Positions 13,501-29,200 of a stretch of DNA of 64,000 nucleotides are shown one piece after another. The DNA comes from Octopus vulgaris (taxonomy: Eukaryota), in NCBI GenBank assembly GCA_951406725.2, contig OX597814.1:43958001-44022000 (forward strand), read 5' to 3'. The notes beneath the pieces were generated by a model. It ran no database searches, was not told the origin of the DNA, and worked only from the letters and a program-made list of their open reading frames with translations. Positions within the stretch are counted from its first letter, which is position 1; every line of letters starts with the position of its first letter. Both the position numbers and the translations under genes were made by a program.

Positions 13501-16500
13501 TAATGTACTAACACATAATAGATGCACTCTCCGGGTGTTAATTTCCATATCTTTGAAGTATTTTAATTTACTCCTTGAAGAAGAATAAAATATATGCACG
13601 TGAGAGCTAAAATTAATACCAGATTGTTTTAATGGCGCAGTAAAAGTATGGAACCTTTTATTTCTTTTCTCCTCTTTGTTGCCAATCATGTATATGTACT
13701 TAGATTCTACTATCTTCACTCTATTCAATGTAGATCATTAACTATTGTTTTGAAATTCTAGAAATTTTATTCCGGTTTTTAGTGTACAATTAATGATGGG
13801 AAAGTTGAATGCCATATGGACATAGTGATTTGAAATTTTCGTTTCATCAGTGTTTGTGTATATTTGTATCTATGGTGAAACAAAACTATACTTAAATCTA
13901 TAATATAAAACAACAGTTGTGAAATCAGTATTTCAGATGAAAACAAATATATAACAGTATTTCGTCTGTTAACGACACGGGATTTGGTCACATATTGTAA
14001 AAAGAAGAATGTATACCTTCATGACAAAATTAAAATATATAGTATTAAATGCGTATTAACAATAAATACGTATTTATGTGCATAGGTATAAAATATTTTA
14101 GCCTCTTGAGGTTGGTATTTGAAATTACTTCGCAAAACACCTATTTTTTCATATATATTTATTCTTTATCTTTACAATATACATCTATTACACTTAAATT
14201 AAAAATACAGTAATACTTTGAGTTTTAGACAAATATGTGCTCTGTCTCACCAACGTTAGGACTATGTCATCGACATCAGAAACTAATTCAGTAAACAAAT
14301 AGAAAAGTAATATAAAAAATTTCTTCATGGGAACATCACGATAAAATAAATGTATTTACAACTTCTGATTTGAAAGTCACAAATTTTCAGCCATTGTGAT
14401 AGAGGAAAGCGGCTTCTCATTTGGTGCTTCAAAACGTACCAACATGTTCCATATTATTGCGATCCTGTAATTGTGTGAGCCAACCCAATAGGTCTATCTC
14501 CTCTGATTCACACAAAGATTATTAGCAATACCAAGGAATTCATGAACATTTACCATACGAACCTGCAGTGGACAAAGATTAATGCATGGACATTACACCA
14601 AACGTAAGAAAATGTAACAATCTAGACAATATTCCAGATTTCATTTGCCGTACCAGAGCTGAAACCAATATTTGGGATACTTGACTTCACTTGACTAGGA
14701 AATACAATACTAGATATTAAAATCCAGATGATCCCGATATCAAATGGTAATTTCAACAAGAAAATTGATATTGACAAGCTCTGTATAATGAGTTGTTGAG
14801 ACTCAAGATTAATGCAAACATCAGCAGCAAAAATAAATATATAATCGTAGTGCTGAGAACTGGATAAAACAACATCCTACGATCGGCTTGATGATCCTGT
14901 AAAAGTAGTCTCTTCTTGATGACTTCACATACAACTCCAAAACAGCTGGACTAAGATAACTGAAAGAAGACTTGGATATGGAACTCACAACCAAAGACTG
15001 TGTTTATTGCTGAATTGAAGAAGACACTAATATCGATATGGAGTACACGCTTCCTTGGATTCACGACCATTTCATTACATCACAATTCATTACATCACAA
15101 TTCAAATGCTACGCCTTTACAATTCATTATCAGAACATTGCCATAAAATAATTAATAAGCAAATGAGAGAGTCAAACTGTTTGTGTCCTAAGATGCAACT
15201 GAAAATGTCATTTATATCACTTTTCTGTCATCCAGATACTGCCGGCGAATGCTACATTACATTGTAGCTGAAACAATATAGAATGTCATCTAAAGAGAAA
15301 ACCTCTTCCGAGGTAAATATACAGTCATCGTGTTATTGAATATATACATCAACACATGAAATATTAGTGACATATATTCCCATCAGAAGAGGTTGGATAT
15401 AGTTCTGTGGGATAGACAAAATAAGTATATAACTTCAAAAGCACCAGCTGCCCAGCTGATGAAAATATCTATTCAAAATTCCCAGACAGAGAGCTTAACC
15501 ACGGACAACAGCTTCGAAAATTTCATCTTCTATGATCAGATATTAAATTTACGTTTATGCCAATATCAATTGGCGAATTAGGTTTTCCTAGTAAATGTCC
15601 TTAACTGATAATCTAGGAAAGTTAGGTATTTTAGAAAAAGAAATCAATCAGCTAATGCGGCGCTCAAAACAAATCCAATCTATAATCTTAATATTTTAAA
15701 GAAAGGACTTCGTAGCTTTGATAAAAACCATATCCTCCCTAACAACACAAATTCAAATAATTGGAAATAGAATAGATCATGTATGCCGACATACGTACAT
15801 AATGAACACCTGAACACAGGAATTTCGTTTTTCAAACGGTGTTTATGCGACTACAGCAATATAAATTTACCTTTTCTCAGAAGGCCAGCTGTAAATTCTC
15901 CGATACGTTGCACATTACAAATCTGAAGGTACAAATTAATAAATGAGTTGTCTGTGATTGTTAACATTTTATTCTATAAACTCATTAACGTTCTGCAGCT
16001 GAAAACAGTGTGAGTGCTGTTTATATGTTATTTCTCAATTAATTTATATTTTACACGACTGGGGACAGCTAATTTAAATATTACGGTGAAGAAATCACAA
16101 TATGACACCTAAATATTATAGTTGAATTTCTAAACGTTCGCCGTAGGGGAATGCTGTTGATGTATTTATTTACATAATAGGTGATATTTTTATTCAGTCA
16201 TACCTATCTTTGATGTTTTTATATATGTGTGGGTGTGAAATATCAAATATATTTGTACGATTGGGCAGTAGTAGTGTTTATCAGATAGTTGATGATTAAC
16301 AAATGATTTTTTAAAAATGAAAGAATGAATAAAGTAGCGAAAGAAAAACTGTCAAAAGATTATACGCGTTTGAAAGAAACATTATGGACAATATATTTTT
16401 TAGAACAAAACTAAATATTAATCTCTTGCCAAATATATAGTAGATAATAAAAAGAGCGTGGACTGCCAGAGTGTTCATAAAAGAAATAGTATCATATTTC

Positions 16501-17163
16501 ATATGAGATTGCCAATGAAATATCCAAGATGGATGACTCGCAAATATTTTTTATCTGGATGAATGAAAGAATAGTGAAATACGCATACAATGGAAGAAAA
16601 ACAAGAAACGTAAAACATTTTATAGTACATACTAGTCTGGTGGAAAGCTACAAAGTCACGTTCATTAGAAAAATGGTTCAAAATTTGACACACACACAAA
16701 AAAATATTAGAAAACCAAATATAATGTATAGAACACTCAGATGTCAGTTTTTTTTTATCCCATTTGTTGGATGCTTAATTGCTAAAATACATTACCCGTG
16801 TTTTTGTTCTTGACTCTGTTTTGATTAAAGAAATAATATGACACTTTTAATGGCAAACAGGTGAAATGAGAGACCTTTCAGTTAAGCTACATCAATATCT
16901 AGAACTGTTCAATGTTGATGGATACGGGAGAGGCTAAGTGAGTGAGCAGATTTAGTGAAACATTGTTGGTGTTTGTGTTTCTTCCAGTATACGTTAATTA
17001 TTTACATTTATTTACAGTTGTACATTACATATGACTGACTGTATACGTACTCGAAAGAGAGAGATAGAGGGAGAAGAGAGGGGGAGAGAGAGGGGGAGAT
17101 CTGTATTTCCATTATCCTACACACATACATTTACATATATATATGTGTGCGTATGTGTGCGTG

Positions 17164-17194
<31 letters not shown>

Positions 17195-18479
17195 ACATTC
17201 GTAAATATATACACGCATGTGTTGCTCTGAATAATGGAAAGTACGTCTGAACAAAGTAAGCGTATATTCCTGTATGTACGTGTGTTTACAAGTGTCTTCC
17301 TTTAGACCATTAGAGTAGGTATAAATAACATTTTATCCTTTGTTCTTAATTTCCCAAAGTAATTATTTATTTATACTTTAACAAAGATGGAAAGATTACT
17401 TTTTAATGTCTATATACGAAAGGTAGCTATTTCTAAACTCTTACAAAGCAATTACTAACTTTTATAGCAGGGAATGATTGAATTGTGAGAAATGTATTTT
17501 GTTATTGCTTTATTCTATCAGTACATACTAGAGTATATGTCTATATTAATTAACTCTCTAAAAGCTAAAATGCGGTGTTTTTTTTTATATTTGAGGTGAT
17601 TTCAATAAATCCCCAGCAAATATTATGAGCAAATATTTTAGAAGTTTAGCATTGATGCTGTTGTTATTTTAAACAGTCCCATGATGAAGAGAATTTCAGA
17701 TGTAACCATTCACTTTTAAGAAAACATGAGTTTTAGGATTATCTTCTGCAACATCTGCAGTAGAATCTGCCTTGTTGAAGGGGAGGTGTGGTTTGTATTT
17801 CTCCTAAGACAATTGGTCACGTGTTTCCTGCGAAGATAGAAATCATTGATACTGCTTGAATAAAGACACGTGATGAGGTATATAAATCCAAAATATTTTC
17901 CACTCTCATGTCAGATATCTGAATACCATGCTGCAATAAACGCGGGGTTACTTACTAATTTCCCTTCGGTTGCTGTAAAATATAGTTTGTAGGAGTTAGT
18001 CTTTCCGTTTGCTGATATTTATTAAGTTATTTATTTTCAGGTTATTTCTGATAATATCCAGATAAGGAAAATATTTGTTCATCCCGCTTGAAAAATCAAT
18101 CAGATTAAGTACTGACGGTTGATTCTGCTGTCTGACTGAGGACTCTGCCCCAACATCTTCAACAGAAATAAGTGTAACGTGATGGTTGTCGAATAAGTAA
18201 AAGTATATGAACAGGTTTTGTTTTTGGGGTTTGTTTTTCTTTTCTTTTAATTATATGGTTAACTTCAATAAATGCGAATCATATCTGATGTTCCGTGTTC
18301 TGTAAAGACGTAGTAAGTATGAAAGGCAAAAACAATCCAGGAAGTATATATTTACACAGGCAAAATCCAATGGTATTTTGTTTTTACTACGGCAAATAAT
18401 ATTACGCCAAGCCAATATGCAATCCTTTACATTGTCCATTAATCTGTTAAAATTAGAATGTAACTATAAATCATGCATG

Positions 18480-18481
<2 letters not shown>

Positions 18482-18532
<51 letters not shown>

Positions 18533-18770
18533 TCTCCCGTCTGTCTTGATAGACAATGGGTCGCGCCAAGGGTGGGGCCTACTTTGATGATGAGCAGCGT
18601 CTGCTGTGACTGAACAGTCCAATTCTAGAGTGGCAGTCCCTGGTACAGTTGCTGCACACGAACATCGATGGGTACGTATGGGGTGTTGCTGCAGTTGTCC
18701 TCCTCCTGTCCCGCCTGTCCGACCACAGCTGTGCTCTCCTTTCCTCAGTCATGGAAACGCCAGGCAACAT
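18482..18770 (-). mobile_element. RTE-clade LINE 3' end with (GA)n tail
   Basis: FVCSNCTRDCHSRIGLFSHSRRC C-terminal motif typical of RTE/BovB-like ORFs, short 3' UTR, then (TC)n on + strand. Confidence 0.8.
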
Positions 18771-19339
18771 CTATAGGTAAATGAAACTCATTTTCTCACA
18801 TAATACACAGGGTAAACCTGGTGGAAGGCTTTTTACTTTATAATTACTTGGTTAGACTTTCTTGTGCCTAATAGACAACAGCAATCTTAATATACCTTCT
18901 TATCTAGCAAAATATAAACTAAATTTAAAGAGATGTATCTCACGAACATAATTCCCTTAGTATAGTTATTATTAAAGGAGTTGGAGGAACTTTGATAGTT
19001 CAATAAAATATTGCGCTTGAAATACAGAACGATTATAGCGGTATATTGTCTGTTTATACACGTGTGTGTGTGTGTTTGTGTGTGTGTGTGCATGTGTGTG
19101 TGCGTACGTATATGTGTGCGTGTATGTGAGTGCATGTGTGTGTACGAATGCCTATAAAAATAGGTTTGTGTAACTTTATTTGAAATTTATATCACTTTTC
19201 CTTTGCATATGCATACACGAGTGCATATGTTCCTGTATGAGTTTTCCCTTAGTCACTCTCTGTCTCTCAATTCCTGTTTGTCTATATGCGTGTGGTTGTG
19301 ATTGTGTCTTTGATATCTCTACAGGATAAAAAAGACAAC

Positions 19340-19492
19340 ATACATACATACACACATACATACATACATACACGCATACATACGTACATACATACGTACA
19401 TACATACGTACGTACATACATACATACATACATACATACATACATACATACATACGTACGTACGTGCATACATATATACATACATACATACG
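19340..19492. repeat. (CATA)n/(CGTA)n tetranucleotide microsatellite
   Basis: Directly visible. Confidence 0.95.
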
Positions 19493-22149
19493 TTTATGCG
19501 TGTACACAAGACTATTGTGTGCATGAATTTTTACACACTAATATACATACATATTGTTTCGTCCATTTTCCAGCTTCGCAATCGTTGTACAATTTCTAGA
19601 TCTTTGCAGCTGGCCTCAAGGCGACTGCGTTTCTAATTAAAAGGCAAAAATCTGAATGAACGTTGTTTATTAAGAAGAAGCAGAAAACCTACGCGTTCAA
19701 AATACATATGTTTAAACAAACCTACCAATAAATTTTTTTTTTTTAAATTAAAGAAGAAAATAATTAAATATACCTACTTGAATCAACTAAGCAAACTCAA
19801 AATCAATCAATGCAAAATGAGGAAATAATGTAATAAAGCTAAATGGCAAATTATCAGTGTGATATATCGTACTTAGTATTTTGCCTTCAGAAACGATTGC
19901 TTGACAGTAAATAGTAAATATGTGCTGTTTCAATCATGCGCCTTTATTAGTATTGTTTCATTCTATGTGTATCTCGTTCCCGCTATGTTTGCCGCCAAGA
20001 ACAGGTGTTGTCCGTATTCTGAATGCTAGTAAGTAAACAAGAATTACATATGTATTTGCACAGTGGTCTTGAGAAAACTATCCATATCTCTTTGACTAGT
20101 ATTTAAGAAAGATACACAAGCAAGCAAATGTACACATCTACAAATATATCCACACCCTGAAAATGACAAGCAACCATACATACACATACATGACACATAC
20201 AAGTGCATGCAAATATACAAGGAGATTTATTTTCATTTGGTATACAACTGATTTTTCTTCTTTCGTTTCAGCAACTGCTATCTCAGTGGAGATTGTTACA
20301 TACATAAATTGGTGGTGTAGAAGCGGATATGAAGGTAGAAACGTGTGCGAACGATATGTCGATATGCCCACAATTATATAATATTTTCTGTACATATTCT
20401 ATGTATAGTGTTGTTTTTCGTTTGTTTTGATTTTATTGCATGTTAAGTTCCGTTGATTACTGGGTGAGTTAAACGTAATGAACTTCGATACAACCATTCA
20501 TCATCAAGAAATATTTTTTCTATTATATTTTTTGAAGAATGATTTGAGATTTTCCCAAACTTACTTGTCATGAACAGAACGTGTTACTACTACTGGTACA
20601 TGTTTAACGCCATTATAAATTAACACTCCTTTACGAAAAGGCTTCGAAGAATCACCGTTACGGCATTAGAGGACTAGCTTTAGCACACAAACACCAAAAT
20701 ATACTTGCCGATATGGTATTCTGCAATAGCGTCACAGAATCCTTCTTGCACTTTTTGTAACAGGTAAAATGTTTACTGAATGCTAACACATTATTTCTCA
20801 ACAGTTTAAGCTCAAAACAGTATCTCAATCATTTAAGCACACGCATTTCTCTATATTGGTTCGTTCGGTCTGTAGTAATTAATCTTTTATCAATGTCAGT
20901 TGACTTTCTTGACGAAATAATTTTTCCTCAAATATATCACAATGTACAGATCTACTAGTCATTAAGGAAACTATTAAGTATGTTTATGGTTTACACCTGA
21001 AACACCTGTAAAATATCAAAGAATATTATTTTGTTCCTCGTGATAGGATTAAATCTTAATCTACTCGTGTTCTAGATTCTTTCCCCGGAAATTCGCCAGC
21101 ATTTACCGCCTTTCAGAATGAGGATTATTCTACTAAAATTTATAATATTGCTGAGTATCCCATTCAGCCTCGATACTGCAGATGCGAATTATCTACAACA
21201 TAAAATTTTATATTTACGATAATAGACATCACACTCATATCAACACTAATTCATTCATCTTCTTTCTCTCCCCACCACTCTCTCTCTCTCACACACACAC
21301 ACAAACATGCTCACATACACATTCTGTCATAGAGAATTATGTCAATCACACAAACACCAGCATTCACACAAAGGAACACAAAACTATATGCACACAGGTT
21401 ATCTGTATATAAGTATGTATCTATGTATGTGTGTATACATGAATGTATCGCGCGCGTGTGTGCATGCGAGTTGGATTCAGGCAGTGAAATTGAACTGTAT
21501 GTAAATAAAAGTTTCTACATGTGTGAGGCATCTGTTTTGCCAATCAGCCTTTTTCTTTTTTGAAATGTTGTGAGATAATAAACCGAACACATTATTCTCA
21601 TTGGTCAGCGCCTGTCGATATTGGGCGTGGTTTTTGACTCCAGCAGTATGTCTGGAAACTATATGTAAATACACCCTAGATCAAAATCACACTGCAGTAA
21701 AGTGTAGATGAAATAGAATTTATTAGGCTTGTGAACACATACATAACTTACACATACACACACACATATGAACGAAATGCAGTTACTTTTTTATTTAACA
21801 GCCGGAAAAGGAAGATTTGTTAATTGAGTTCTTGAAAATTCTTTCCAGATTTATTGGTAAGTCACCATTTGAGATTAAGTAGAAATGTTTATTCTTAGTA
21901 TCTCTTTTTCATTCACGTTTTCTAAATCAGATAAAAGATATATAGACTCAATATTGCGTAGATCTTCGTGATGCATTACAAAGGTGTGGAGATTATGTGG
22001 AGATTTAAAAGTCACTGGAATGTTAATGGGAATGCAGTCAGGTTTCCCAAAATACTTTTTTTTTGTGTCTATGAAATAGTCGGGCAGCTGACAGACATTA
22101 TTCGGAATCGAAATGGCAGGCAAGAACATCATACCAGCCAGGACTGTCT

Positions 22150-23010
22150 AACATCAAGAACACATTTCTTGTAGATCCATGTAATGCCCTATTGCCTCAT
22201 TAACACATAAAACTTTGACTGATGAAGCAGTTTATAAAGATTCAAGGGACGAGAAATACCAGAAGGCTTCAGTATATTAATGAAAACTTTCCCCAAATCA
22301 CGCAAAGTTGAAAGATGGCATCTTTGTCGGATGCCAAATTAGAGAAGTACTCAAAGATGTCAACTTCAAGACAACACAGGATGAACTGGAGCCGCCTGCC
22401 TGGAATGCTTTCAATTGGATCTGTGAGAATTTCTTGGGTAACAAGAAGGCAATGCTCTATAAGGAAGGCATCAAAATCTTCTGAACTGTTACTCAGCAAT
22501 GGGTTGTCGCATGTCACTGAAAGTTCACTTCTTGGACTCCCATCTGGACTTTTTCGCAGATAGCATTAGAGCAGTGGATAATGGGGAAAGATTTCACCAG
22601 GACATTAGTGCTATGGAGAAACGGTACCAAGGCTTCTGGAATGATAGTATGTTGGCTGAATACTGCTGGACACGTTACTGCGATCAACCAGATCAGGAAC
22701 ACCGCAGGAAAACCAAATTACGCTTTGTTTATTTTTCTGACCCATTCTTTGTGTATTCATTCTTTGGAGAATAATAGTAATGATGTTTAACTCAAGAAAT
22801 GCATTTACTTTCGAAAAATAATTTGTTCTTATTTATTACGTTAATGATTTCAAATATAAAAATATGTAAATAATTGCATGTATCTACTGAAAAACTGATA
22901 CATGTTATATACAAACGGAGTGAAATTTTGAAATTGGCATGAAAAATTAGTCTAAAAATGTTGGCTTGCATTCATAATGTGTATAATACATATAATTTTG
23001 ATGGCCAGTG
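22150..23010 (+). mobile_element. Chapaev3-like (CMC) DNA transposon, 3' half with right end
   Basis: LLPH*HIKL*LMKQFIK..DGIFVGCQIREVL..AWNAF..NFLGN..MGCRMSLKVHFLDSHLDFF..GERFHQDISAMEKRYQGFW; ends in ...GGCCAGTG followed by TAA. Confidence 0.65.
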
Positions 23011-23721
23011 TAATACAATATCGTTTAGTAGATTTAGGGATGAAATTCCCCAACCAGAGACACATGTAAATAAATATTTAAACCAGAAAAAGATAAAAGG
23101 AATGTAGATACACACACACACACACACACACGTGCCCGTGTGACAGACACACGCACACACTGACACAAAAACACACACACACTCACACACAGATACGCAC
23201 ACATATGTATATGTATAAATATTTGTAGTTGAATATGCACTGAAAGTTCATCAGATGGTTTATTTTTACATGCTTAAACAGTTTTACAGGTTTTTCTTAT
23301 TTTCAAAAGTTAAGCCGCAACTACCATGCTTGTGATTGGAGTTCGAACGCACTTTTTGTGTTCTGGTTCAAATTAGTATTGCTAATACCACTGTTTAGGA
23401 CACATTGGTATTGGCTGATGATGATGACATGATTAGGCTCGGAAATGTTTTTATGTTACCCGTTACGTCCTTACATTAATGTCATGTGATAAGGTGATAT
23501 TTTTGATATCACTTCCAGACCAATACCACCGCGTGTCCAATAAAGGTGTAATATCTAGAAGCTATAGTTGATTCATACATTGTTACTCTCTCTCGCTCCC
23601 CCCCCTCTCTCTCTCTCTGTATATATATATATATATATATATATAATACAAAATACAAAGTTATATCTTGAGATCGCTAGTAATAATAATACTCAAAATA
23701 TAAAACATAAAACAGACTGTA

Positions 23722-23762
<41 letters not shown>

Positions 23763-25018
23763 AGGGGGTATGTGTGTGTGAGTGCATAAAGAGAGAGATG
23801 GGTGAGAGACAGTGAGAGAGAGCGTCAGACACAGAATGACAGATTGGTAGATATCCACTTTGAAATTTGTATAACACGATTAGTTAATATGCATGTATGC
23901 AGGGTACCAATAGTTTATGCATCAAACTCTACGTGGGTTAGCTTCCTCCACGACACTAGTGGAAGTCTATAGATGAACAATTGTGTCATATTCATTATAG
24001 ACACATCAACGCGCAAACGTACGAAAACCCATCATACACACTCAAGCATATACAAGCACATAACTGTGTGTATGTGTGTGTTTGTGTAAATATATGTGTA
24101 TGTCTGCATGTCCGAATCCAGTTTATTTCTCGCCCACAAAAAAGGCTATGTTGACCTTGACAGAGAACTGAGAGTGAATAGATTAAGAGAATACCGCGTT
24201 CTTGAGTGCCAGTTCGTTCACTATCTCTTTTTATCACTTTCCATCTCTTTCTCTCTTTCTTTCTCTCCCTCTCTAGTAATACCCCGATGCTTATACACAA
24301 ACTCACACAGATACACACAATACTACTATCTGGTGTGAAATTATTTATTATTCAAAATAGAGTCTGTATGAAATACTATTTGAAGTTTCTAGTTCTCGAT
24401 CATCAGGTGACCTGAAGTTCGAGTAGCGCCTCAAAGCTAATGCATAATACAATATATCTACCGCAACTACAATTTGCTATACATTGGTGCTAATATAGCT
24501 CTTACCATTCGTTCATTAACTGGTTCAACATTACTATTTCAATAAGCAACTAGCTAATGCAGTGAAAATGTCTCAAATATGGATTGCTATGCAATCCAGT
24601 GGGCAGTAAAATTAATGCGTCGTTTTTATTGCAGCCTATTTTAATTTGATGTTCTTTCACACGCGTTTCTTCTCTTACTTATAAATATGAAGTATCAATG
24701 CATATTTGTGTGTGCCTGTAAATTGTACATGTACCCGTATATATACATACATACAAGCACGCACACACACACACATATATATATGTATGTATGTATGTAT
24801 GTATATGTCCTGTACCTATATATGCATGCATATATACATATAGCTGTAGGTATATACTTATATATAACGAGTGAAAGTATATACAAATACGTTCAAGCAT
24901 AAATGTAAACTCACTGTGACGAGAAGCAAAGAATAGACGAAATGTCAAAAAAACCTTAATTTCACGTAAAAAAATATATTTAGAGTAATAGCAAATCAGT
25001 TGTCTGAGTAGAGAAAAG

Positions 25019-26280
25019 ATCAGGTCATCCCATAAGTTCTGTCCGATTTTACCTTTTTTAAAATTGAATTAAATTCAATAGTATTTTAGAATGTCTAATG
25101 GAGTTTAAAATTATTTTATGTATTTGTGTACATTTAAACTAATTAAATATTATTTTACAGAATAATAGAATTAAAATTTCTTTGATTAAAACCCTTTCTA
25201 GTATGAAGTATCCAAAGAGCATTTAAGGCACATAATGCTTTATAAGTACAAAAAGGAAACTCTGCAGCCGAAGTGACTCGAGGCATACACTCAGTTTATG
25301 GGAAAGAATGCTCGAAGAAATGAACTTGCAGAAGATAATTTCTAAAATTCAGAAGTGCAGATTTCAACCTTGAAGATGAAGATCGAACAGCACGTCCAGT
25401 TCCTTTTCACAATAAGTTCTTTGAGGCATTACTTGAAGAACATCCTGCATTATCAGTTGAAAAATTGGCAATAAAGTTTAGTTCAAACCATACAACTGTT
25501 CATCGTCATCTTCAACAACTTAGAAAGGTTCCTAAACTTGGAAAATGAGTGCCTCATGAATTGTCCGAAAGGAACCACAAATCTCGAGTTGACATCTGTC
25601 AAACTCATTTCACCCTTTTTGGGTAGACTTGTGACTGGTGACGAACAATGGGTCTTCTATCAAAATGTTAGACGTTGCAAACAGTGGTTTGGTAAAAGGG
25701 GTAACGCTCAACCACAACAGAGAATGGAACTTCATGGGAAAAAAGGTTCTTCTCTCTATCTGGTGGGACTGCAAAGGAGTAATTGGTACCACCTAATGCA
25801 ACAATCAATGTTCAAGTCTGCTGTCAGCAATTAGAGCTTTTGAACCAAGTTTTGAAGAAAAATAAGACCCGCTTTAGTGAATCGAAGAGGAATGATGTTT
25901 CATTAGGTCAATGCGCGACCCCATACTGCAAAGGTCACATCACAGAAGATCGAAGAGCTTGGTTGGGAAAAAATTCCTCATCCACCTTATTTTCCCGACC
26001 TTGCTCCTTCAGAATACTATTTGTTTTGTAGTTTACACAATCATTTGGGGGTAGATAAGTTTCGCAAACCAGGAAGAGGGCGAAACTGACATTGTAGAGT
26101 TCTTCGCTTTGAAACCAAAAGAGTTTTATATTGATGGGATTGAAAAGCTTCTGAATAGATGGAAGGAAGTCATAGATAATCAGGGAAAGTACATTGATGA
26201 TTAAATTTCAATTAAATATAAGATTTGATAATTTGATTTCTTTATTTAAAATTCGGACAGAACTTATGGGATGACCTGAT
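25019..26280 (+). mobile_element. Full-length decayed mariner (DD34D-type) element
   Basis: ~30-bp TIRs atcaggtcatcccataagttctgtccga; ~1.26 kb; RLVTGDEQWVFY and HPPYFPDLAPSEYYLF motifs; multiple frameshifts. Confidence 0.92.
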
Positions 26281-29200
26281 ATAAGCAGTATAGAAGGAAG
26301 AAACACGACCATTACATAAATGGGTCAATTTTGAAAAAAATATTCGATGTAACGAACTCTTGTTAAGATTAACAACAGTAAAATTCAGCAGTAAAATCCC
26401 ATGTAGTGAGTTATACTTTTTAACGAATCTTTACGTTAATAATATAAAGTGGAGAGAATGTTGACTCTTAATTAGATCCACATTATCTGCGCACTGCGGG
26501 GGAGCTTGTTTGCTGATGCAGCTGTCTTTTCTTTTTTTGTTACACTATACTAATGGCTTTTAATTTGGGCTGTAGAGTACTAGACTTTCGATTTTTGCAG
26601 TTAATACAACGGAATAGTTGGCTAAGTAAATAGAGCAAATTACTAAATAACTCCTCGCGTGATATAAATTCGCAGTTCAAATCACACGTGCTCTCGCTTT
26701 TCTATGTTTTGTATTTGTTTGATAAAACTCTTTTAAATGCAATTTATCATTTCGATTTTTATGTAAATGATATTTAGTCGGTTTTGTGGATAACTTTTTT
26801 CAAATTCTTCAAACCTATATCGTTTCTATCTCATTTATGCTATTGTTCACTCGGTCGAAGTGTCCAAATATGCTGATGAATTTTAGAATTGTGCATTAAT
26901 CATGCAATATCCAAGTGCATTTTCAATTGCAAAGTGAAGTGCGCTTTCTTTAACAATTATATAACCCTTAGCTTTAACGATCGCCACCTTGTTTTCTACG
27001 CACGCATCTAGTGCAAAGGAGTTCATACGACTTTCATTCAGCTATATACGAAACACTTTCTATGTGTAATAAATAAAGCAACTTTATAAATGCACACAGC
27101 GTGGGCAGAAGTGTAAGTGCTCAAAAAGCTGTCAACGAACTAAGTTTTAAATACTATCAATTTAAAAATCAAAATTAGACATCAACTTTCGAAGTAACTG
27201 TTGATGATATACTTCTGAAAAACACATTCTATAACATTCAGAAAATGGATAATATCCAATACTTTTTCTTGTTTTAGATCAGAATACCAAATTGTTTGGT
27301 AATGCAATTCTTCATTGTAAATGAGATAAGACAAATAGATTGGGAAAAAATGCGAGAAATGATAGTGAAGAAACTTGAGAATACAAGGGAAAAAATGGGT
27401 GAGTTGGTGGGAAAAAATGTAACCAAAGTGAGGAAACAAAATGAAGGTTAGTGAAAGGTTTGCAAGTGGGGGGGACATGGTAAAAAGGAAAATATATAAA
27501 AAAAAAAAAAACTGAAGAGAGAAAGTATATATTATTAAGCAAGAGTATTTATGAACGTTTTTTTTTATTAAATTCTTTGCGTAAATAATAAAAAAAAAAT
27601 ACAGCTACCATTAACGAGTAGATGAATACTGAAGTAAAGCGTTAAGTCACAAGATGGAAAGGGAAGATGTCAATAAATGATTATAGTAGAAATGTAAAGA
27701 GAAAACCGATAGAAATCAAAAATGAAAGAAATTTAAATTACGAAGCGGAGAGAATGTCAAATCAAAAGGCAAAGGTGTAGATATAAGACGAAGGAATGAG
27801 ACAACAGAAAGTAGAATATACAATGTAGCGAGAATGGTAAAAGCTATATGATAAGAGGGCGTGGAAGGATGAAACAAGATGAAAAAATTCTAGCAGCGTT
27901 TGAAAGAATGTCGCTAACAACAACATTTATCTATGCGGTGCTGTATAATTTAACCACATGACTCCAACTCTTTTGAACTTTATTGATGCTAATCATTGTC
28001 TAAATAAACAATTTATATTTTCTTCTTTATTGTTGACATGTGCATGTGATCTTTATTCTTCTTAAGTATCATTCAATTGAAAGGAAAAACATGGTGGTCA
28101 TGATCCGAAACATATTAATGCGTATACATGTCTGATACTATATACTCTTTATTATAACATTTCGTAGACAGCAAGAAATATACGATAAGGTACTTCATAT
28201 AAGTGCTGTCATGCTTTGCTGATTCTATTATGTCTTTTAGTATATACATTTCAGCAAATTAACTCAGCACATTATTTGCAAAGAAATATATACAGAGTAT
28301 TCGTTTTTGTTTTAATTCTTACTTCAGTAGAGTAAACACAAGACACAATATGGACAGTATTAAGAAGATAGACATCGAGTGCTGAGTTAATATATTATCT
28401 GCCTCCACGAAATAGCAACTCATGAGATTCAGACACCAAAGATACTTCTGGCTGTGTATTGTTATTTAAACCAAAACTTCCATAGACAGATGATATGGGG
28501 TGCAATTTAGCATTTCTATTTTCAGAATGCTCATATATTTCATAAAGATATTTGAATAGAGAACTGGTTATTTCCCACTGCTTTGAAATGTCAGTCATAG
28601 ATTGATTAAAATTGATTGCCTAAAAACAAATGTTCAACTCAAAAGGGAATAAGCTTTACGTTATACCAACATATGCAAACACATAGAAATATATATATAT
28701 GCCTATATGCAGAAATACTGCATTGACTACAGATTCGATTTTTCAGATAACTGAGGAATCCTCTAGGAAAAATAAGCGAAAATAACTGTTATATGAAACA
28801 AGCGAATGTTTCTCAGTAATAAAGGGATACTTCGTTAAGTAAAATTAAACGTAAATTATTTAGATGTAATTCCCAATTTCAAGTAACCGGAAGACACAAA
28901 GAGGATTTATAAGCACGCATCGATAACGGTGAAATTCAATACAAATTTGTAGGCGACTACTCCAGATTTATTAATAAATTCACCTATTTAATGGCATTGC
29001 ACGAGATATATAACAACGGATCTTCTTACAATATCCTACTATCAAAATGTTTGGACAATATAATAATTAAGGATATCTATCTCTATCACTGCCCTCTACT
29101 ATGTTCGATTTGCAAACCAGTGAGAATTTAGATATAATTCATTTTCACGAATGCAAGTATTTACTCCGAGGGAGATACGCGACGCTAGGTGTTTGCACTT

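Noticed and set aside
14340-15050. Possible very old RTE-like LINE remnant
   Set aside because: Only vague similarity; no diagnostic motif survives
20250-20340. Candidate small exon (polypyrimidine-AG ... GT)
   Set aside because: Weak donor, no recognisable peptide and no partner exons
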